Below, piece after piece: positions 41,023-42,632 of a DNA stretch of 42,632 nucleotides (positions are counted from its first letter, which is position 1; each line of letters opens with the position of its first letter). The stretch lies in the IMG/VR virus record IMGVR_UViG_3300045988_146228. The stretch is one strand, 5' to 3'. Source of the stretch: a virus. The notes beneath the pieces are model-generated. The model was not told the DNA's origin, searched no databases, and was given only the letters and a program-made list of their open reading frames with translations. The position numbers and the translations under genes are program-made.

Positions 41023-41520
41023 CTATTCCCATTGAGAATCATCGTTCATAATATCCAGATCATGCTGAACACCTTCAGGAGTTTGTTCTACATCTGCACG
41101 AGTATGAGCAGCGAGAGGTGTGAGATCAACAGTGACAATGTTATCGGGATCTTTACCTATATATTTAGATTGCGGAGCAAAATCACGCAATTCAATAATG
41201 TGGTCATATTCTTTCTGAAGAACAGTATCAACCATATCTTTACCGTGAGTGTCGAGTTCACGGTATTTTTTTATATGCTCATATTCTCCAGAACGAAGTT
41301 TGTAAGCATGTAAAAATTCACGTTCGTCTTTTAAACCAAGAAGATAATCTATTGATACATCAAATTTTTCTGAAATAAGAATTAAAAAATCTGAAGAGGG
41401 TTCCCGAGCTTCGGTTTCATAACCATTATAGGTAGTGTATTTTATTCCAATATATTGGGCAAATTCTTTCTTATTTAATCCAAGATTTTCGCGAATTTCC
41501 TTGAGCTTTTCTCCAATCAT
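41023..41520 (-). CDS. CI-like repressor (XRE-family HTH)
   Basis: AAGGAGG RBS; MIGEKLKEIRENLGLNKKEFAQYIGIKYTTYNGYE...; divergent from the Cro-like gene. Confidence 0.8.
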   Translation of the reverse strand: MIGEKLKEIRENLGLNKKEFAQYIGIKYTTYNGYETEAREPSSDFLILISEKFDVSIDYLLGLKDEREFLHAYKLRSGEYEHIKKYRELDTHGKDMVDTVLQKEYDHIIELRDFAPQSKYIGKDPDNIVTVDLTPLAAHTRADVEQTPEGVQHDLDIMNDDSQWE

Positions 41521-41543
41521 TAAGAGTACCTCCTTATAGATTC

Positions 41544-41572
41544 ATACTATTACATATTTTATATATTGTCAA
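41544..41572 (-). promoter_or_regulatory. Leftward promoter for the repressor (TTGACA-17 nt-TAGTAT on the minus strand)
   Basis: -35 is the reverse complement of 41567-41572; -10 is the reverse complement of 41544-41549. Confidence 0.55.
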
Positions 41573-41578
41573 TTAAAT

Positions 41579-41589
41579 AATTCACAAAA
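41579..41589 (+). promoter_or_regulatory. Operator-like repeat AATTCACAAAA (copy 1)
   Basis: An identical 11-mer occurs at 41653-41663; located between the divergent -35 boxes. Confidence 0.4.
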
Positions 41590-41614
41590 TGAAAAATAAT
41601 TTTCAAAATAAGTA

Positions 41615-41643
41615 TTGACAAATTCTTAATATGAGAGTATTAT
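41615..41643 (+). promoter_or_regulatory. Rightward early promoter (TTGACA-17 nt-TATTAT)
   Basis: TTGACA 41615-41620, TATTAT 41638-41643, about 45 nt upstream of the cro-like start. Confidence 0.65.
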
Positions 41644-41652
41644 ATAAACAGA

Positions 41653-41663
41653 AATTCACAAAA
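41653..41663 (+). promoter_or_regulatory. Operator-like repeat AATTCACAAAA (copy 2), just downstream of the rightward -10
   Basis: Identical to 41579-41589. Confidence 0.4.
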
Positions 41664-41686
41664 CGAGTAACGAGGAGGTGGAAATA

Positions 41687-41899
41687 ATGATGTTTAACAG
41701 CATAGAGGCTGAAAGGGCAAGGAATGGAATGTCTAAAGAAGAACTTGCAACTCAAATTGGAATTTCTGTAAAGACCTATTATAACTGGCTGAACGGAGTG
41801 AATCCTATTCCCAGTACGGCATTAATAAAGATGTCAGACATTTTTGGCGTAACAATTGATTACTTACTGAATAGAGACGAACAGAGAAAGGCGGTTTAA
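41687..41899 (+). CDS. Cro-like XRE-family HTH regulator
   Basis: GAGGAGGTG RBS then ATG 41687; MSKEELATQIGISVKTYYNWLNG...IDYLL. Confidence 0.8.
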   Translation: MMFNSIEAERARNGMSKEELATQIGISVKTYYNWLNGVNPIPSTALIKMSDIFGVTIDYLLNRDEQRKAV

Positions 41900-42127
41900 A
41901 TGGAAGAAACGGAAAAAGAAATTGTTTACCTGCGTAATCAGATAAACATGCTTAAGATCTGTCTGGCAATTACGCAGGTAAGTGCAATTATTGTATTGGT
42001 TTCTTTGCTGTATCAATATTCTCGACTGTCTCGTGATTATCAAGAGCTTCTTCAAACTTGTCAAGGGTTTCTTGACACTGTGAAAGCTGTTTACTTTGCT
42101 CTTCGACAGATTGCTTCAACTCATTGA
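41900..42127 (+). CDS. Possible small TM protein downstream of cro (low confidence; its 3' end overlaps the convergent gene by 140 nt)
   Basis: TAAATG junction with cro, weak AAAGG RBS. Confidence 0.3.
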   Translation: MEETEKEIVYLRNQINMLKICLAITQVSAIIVLVSLLYQYSRLSRDYQELLQTCQGFLDTVKAVYFALRQIASTH

Positions 42128-42632
42128 TTGCTTCAATTTCACTTGAAGAAGAAATGTCTGCATTATGTAGGAGTTGCTGCAATAATTCGTTTTGAGATTG
42201 CAAAAGCTGAAGCTCGATCACTTCAGTTTCAGAAGGCTTAGATTGCAGATACAAAGGAATGATTATACCGGAAATGATAGCGATAATGAGACTAATGATA
42301 GCGCAAAAATCAGATGTTGAGATCTTACGCTTATGCTCATTAATAGGAACTGCAACAGTACAAGGTATGTCGTACGCCGTACTTACTGCATTATCAATAA
42401 CAATAGAATCATCATTATCTTTTTCGGAGATACCACCTAAGTCTTTCGGAAAATCATATGTATGTGAAAGTGATGTAAAAATTAGTTCCGGTGTTATGGC
42501 GTTGAGAGTTGAGGATAATTCATTAAAAGCAGGATTTTTTTTTAAAGAATCAGAAAAGCTTTTGTGTATGCTGTCAGAAAGGGACTTTGCCAATTGTTGT
42601 GATAAACAAGAACCTATAGTTTTGGCAATAGA
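41988..42632 (-). CDS. 3' part of the junction-spanning ~275-aa membrane/coiled-coil protein gene
   Basis: ORF open to the window end; TM segment FCAIISLIIAIISGIIIPLYL; C-terminal coiled-coil. Confidence 0.6.
   Translation of the reverse strand, partial: SIAKTIGSCLSQQLAKSLSDSIHKSFSDSLKKNPAFNELSSTLNAITPELIFTSLSHTYDFPKDLGGISEKDNDDSIVIDNAVSTAYDIPCTVAVPINEHKRKISTSDFCAIISLIIAIISGIIIPLYLQSKPSETEVIELQLLQSQNELLQQLLHNADISSSSEIEAINELKQSVEEQSKQLSQCQETLDKFEEALDNHETVENIDTAKKPIQ
42534..42632. repeat. Second copy of the 99-bp terminal redundancy
   Basis: Identical to 1-99. Confidence 0.95.

Overview
The window is a complete, circularly closed genome of a temperate tailed phage. Bases 1-99 repeat at 42534-42632, so the unique length is 42,533 bp. 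Gene families (holin_4_1, PcfJ/PcfK, DUF1617, large serine integrase) suggest a Firmicutes/Clostridia-type host.

Layout:
- Early/replication module (+, 414-9105): HUH Rep-like, RNase H-like, PcfK-like and PcfJ-like proteins, several Cys-rich small proteins, and a sigma/ArpU-like late regulator.
- A tRNA-like gene and an AT-rich moron.
- Packaging, head, tail and lysis genes (+, 9970-36416): TerS, TerL, portal, MuF, scaffold, capsid, connectors, major tail protein, chaperones, tape measure, tail tip and fibres, holin, and a three-domain endolysin.
- Lysogeny arm (minus strand, 36515-41520): large serine integrase, a membrane DUF4041/T5orf172-like protein, an ImmA-like protein, a DUF2442/DUF4160 pair and a CI-like repressor. 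It faces a Cro-like gene across a divergent promoter region.

The main finding lies in the tail-fibre region (about 29024-32156). A 151-aa fibre gene carries an internal site with the core AAATAGTAA at codons 67-69. A tyrosine recombinase gene follows it. After that come six start-less coding cassettes, packed head to tail on the opposite strand. Each cassette begins with the same core in inverted orientation, and in the same reading phase (Asn-Ser-...). This is the architecture of a multiple-inversion shufflon that could give the fibre seven alternative C-terminal tips of 83-98 aa.

Other observations:
- A 14-bp perfect palindrome (TTGCGCCGGCGCAA) occurs four times.
- The MuF gene is followed by an out-of-frame toxin-like extension and an immunity-like gene.
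- Two homopolymer-A frame breaks are present.
- Perfect 19-bp inverted repeats bracket the recombinase gene.
- Several self-contained moron units are present.

All functional calls come from motif recognition by eye. No database search was run.
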